Of a stretch of 20,000 bases of DNA, positions 18,212 through 20,000 are shown in pieces. This stretch comes from an uncultured Methanosarcinales archaeon (GTDB taxonomy: Archaea > Nanobdellota > Nanobdellia > Woesearchaeales > CAXGTL01). Positions within the stretch are counted from its first letter, which is position 1. Every line of letters begins with the position of its first letter. The notes beneath the pieces were generated by a model. It did not search any database. It was not told the origin of the DNA and saw nothing but the letters and a program-made list of their open reading frames with translations. Made by a program: the position numbers and the translations under genes. The DNA lies in the NCBI GenBank assembly GCA_964535955.1, contig CAZHVK010000006.1, positions 60,179 to 80,178 of the forward strand, in the 5' to 3' direction.

Positions 18212-18252
18212 GTGCCACCCTAAAAATATCAGTTTTTCTAAATTTCAAAAAA

Positions 18253-18296
18253 GCGCTACAAATGCGCTACAAAATTTATATAGGCGTTTGTACTGC
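18253..18296 (+). promoter_or_regulatory. Element promoter: TATA box flanked by GCGCTACAAA repeats
   Basis: GCGCTACAAA at 18253-18262 and 18264-18273, TTTATATA at 18275-18282, and an inverted 8/10 copy TTTGTACTGC at 18287-18296. SD GAGGTGA at 18304-18310. Confidence 0.6.
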
Positions 18297-18316
18297 TAAA
18301 AATGAGGTGAGAAAAA

Positions 18317-18745
18317 TTGATAAACATTCCAAAGCTTGAGAAACACAAGATAGAGACAGCAAAAAATCAGTCAACAGACTTTTTTGTTAAGAGAAAAATA
18401 GTTGAAGAACTCATCAACAAGACTTTTTCCAAGATGAGTGGTGATGAAATCCTTACAATTTTATGCAGATTAGAGAATTATTGGGTTAATAACAGAAAGC
18501 ATCAGCTAACTGTAAGGGAAAGTATCTTCTATAATATGCTTATTGAGAATGATTTTATCCCATGCACAGTATATAGATGGTTCTACAAGACAATTATTCC
18601 TAGTGATGTGTCTGAAAGGATTAAAAAACATAGAATAAGCAAAAAACAGTTTGAAAGGATGAAAGATAATATGGCTAAGTGGCAAAGAGTTAACCAAGAG
18701 TTCAAATTAGTTGAACAAGGCAAAGAGATTATAAGGGGGTTATGA
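18317..18745 (+). CDS. Small ParB-HTH-like protein, paralogue A
   Basis: TTG start with SD GAGGTGA. YNMLIENDFIPCTVYRWFYKTIIPSDVSERIKKHRISKKQ aligns with the next ORF and resembles the ParB/Spo0J HTH region. Confidence 0.7.
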   Translation: MINIPKLEKHKIETAKNQSTDFFVKRKIVEELINKTFSKMSGDEILTILCRLENYWVNNRKHQLTVRESIFYNMLIENDFIPCTVYRWFYKTIIPSDVSERIKKHRISKKQFERMKDNMAKWQRVNQEFKLVEQGKEIIRGL

Positions 18746-19155
18746 AAATGGATGATAAATCATTTGCAATACTTAAAAATCCTGTAGCAAGTTATGTTGA
18801 TAAGATTAAAATAGTCAGAGAAATGATATTAAAAGAGATGCCTCAACTAGAAAAAGAAAATCTTAGAGGAATGTTCTCCCATATTGCACATTATCATTAC
18901 AAAAAATCTTTAATAGTAACTGAAACTGAGATGCAACTCTATGATCTGTTATTAAAGAATCAGTTAAATCCAAACACAGTATATAAATGGCTTCTCTTAT
19001 CAAAGATGAGTACGGATTTGAAAAGATCAGTGAATCAAGGTAAATTGACCCAGAAACAAGCCTTGAGATTAAATGCTGAAAGAAAACAGAAAAAATCCAT
19101 TAATGTTGGGTTACAAATAATAAATGAAGCACGAAATATAATGCTTGAATTGTGA
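18742..19155 (+). CDS. Small ParB-HTH-like protein, paralogue B
   Basis: ATGA overlap with the previous stop. YDLLLKNQLNPNTVYKWLLLSKMSTDLKRSVNQGKLTQKQA. Confidence 0.75.
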   Translation: MKMDDKSFAILKNPVASYVDKIKIVREMILKEMPQLEKENLRGMFSHIAHYHYKKSLIVTETEMQLYDLLLKNQLNPNTVYKWLLLSKMSTDLKRSVNQGKLTQKQALRLNAERKQKKSINVGLQIINEARNIMLEL

Positions 19156-19165
19156 GGTGGAAACA

Positions 19166-19969
19166 ATGTATAATACAAGTTCAGTTCATTATGGCTCAAT
19201 GAGCAAAAGACAAAAGATTCCAAATACTTTCAACAAACAACAACTTGCAAAATTAATCAACGTAATAGACAATCCAAAGATAATGATTGCTGTATTGCTT
19301 GGATTCTTTTGTGGTTTAAGATTAGATGAAGTCTCAAGCCTTAAGATAGAGAACATTGATTTTGAAAGAAGAAGGCTTAAGGTTGTTGATAGTAAGAATA
19401 CTAATAGAAGGTTTAATGAATATGGTAAAGATAGATATGTGCCAATTCCTAAACAACTGATGCCTATATTAGAGAAATGGAAAGAGCTTATAGGGAATAA
19501 AAAATATTTATTACCATCCATTATGAAACCAGGCTCACATATAGGCAAAAAAAGTCTTTATCAAAGTTATCATGAATATTTAGATAAAGCAGGACTTTTG
19601 ATAAAAAATGGAGAAGATTCACTAGGAAGACCAAGATACAAATATTATTTTCACACTTTGAGACATAGCTATGCNNNNNNNNNNGAAGAACAGGGTGTAG
19701 CAATAGAAAAGATATCAAAGTTACTTGGTCATGCAGATATTGGGACAACAATGATCTATACACACATAAGTGATACAAAAGCACAGCAAAGTGTAGATGA
19801 GGCATTTAGTTCGCCATTTGGGCTTAAGAAAAATGTGATGCCTCAGAGTAATAATGTGAAGTCACCTGAGGAAATATTAGGTGTGAGATTAGCAAATGGT
19901 GAAATATCACCGAAAGAATTTCATCAAAGAATGAACTTATTAAGGGGTAATCAAAATTACATAGGATGA
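19166..19969 (+). CDS. Tyrosine recombinase/integrase: catalytic domain only, plus a C-terminal SHOCT-like motif
   Basis: Catalytic residues R (CGLRLDE), K (DSK/GKDR), HxLR (HTLRHSY), H (LLGH) and Y (TTMIY). SD GAGGTGG precedes the ATG at 19166. Tail SPEEILGVRLANGEISPKEFHQRMNLL. The 10-N gap keeps the frame. Confidence 0.92.
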   Translation: MYNTSSVHYGSMSKRQKIPNTFNKQQLAKLINVIDNPKIMIAVLLGFFCGLRLDEVSSLKIENIDFERRRLKVVDSKNTNRRFNEYGKDRYVPIPKQLMPILEKWKELIGNKKYLLPSIMKPGSHIGKKSLYQSYHEYLDKAGLLIKNGEDSLGRPRYKYYFHTLRHSYXXXXEEQGVAIEKISKLLGHADIGTTMIYTHISDTKAQQSVDEAFSSPFGLKKNVMPQSNNVKSPEEILGVRLANGEISPKEFHQRMNLLRGNQNYIG

Positions 19970-20000
19970 ATAATAAAAAGAAATACACCGAAAAAGAGTT
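19966..20000 (+). CDS. Start of a fourth, translationally coupled ORF (MNNKKKYTEKE...), truncated by the window edge
   Basis: ATGA overlap with the integrase stop; frame open to the end of the window. Confidence 0.5.
   Translation, partial: MNNKKKYTEKE

Larger units (their letters stand above)
18212..20000 (+). mobile_element. Left end of a putative integrative element encoding a tyrosine recombinase; continues beyond the window
   Basis: Abrupt truncation of a host gene at about 18212, terminal direct repeats and an integrase-containing operon. Confidence 0.7.

Noticed and set aside
18212..18250. Group II intron 3' end or tRNA att site at the junction
   Set aside because: The minus strand ends in AC, but no domain V/VI structure is visible and no tRNA-like sequence is present.
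18317..19155. Toxin-antitoxin pair
   Set aside because: The two-gene overlap is suggestive, but the ORFs are paralogous to each other and show no PIN, RelE, HEPN or MNT motifs.
19166..19969. Housekeeping XerA or an integron integrase
   Set aside because: It lacks the XerA N-terminal domain and the IntI-specific insertion, no attC-like sites are seen, and it sits in an operon next to a disrupted gene.

Overview
AT-rich archaeal genomic window, probably a metagenome-assembled DPANN genome (Woesearchaeota-like; this is inferred from gene content and style), with two N gaps at 16206-16305 and 19675-19684. Housekeeping genes are dtdA, a thermosome subunit, rpl41e (missing from the ORF track), a RecJ/DHH nuclease, rps15, eif2g and rps6e. 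They are interspersed with membrane or secreted hypothetical proteins. Many genes look leaderless, with a TATA box 29-33 nt before the ATG. The main feature is at the right end: a TctA/DUF112-like membrane gene is cut off at about 18212 by what appears to be an integrated element. The element carries a repeat-flanked promoter and a translationally coupled operon of two mutually paralogous ParB-HTH-like small proteins, a tyrosine recombinase that lacks the usual N-terminal core-binding domain but has a C-terminal SHOCT-like tail, and a fourth ORF running off the window. Three unexplained structured non-coding candidates were also found: a 114-nt element bounded by a 13-bp inverted repeat upstream of recJ, a candidate S15 leader, and a promoter-linked hairpin upstream of rps6e. 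All family assignments come from recognising motifs by eye, not from database searches.
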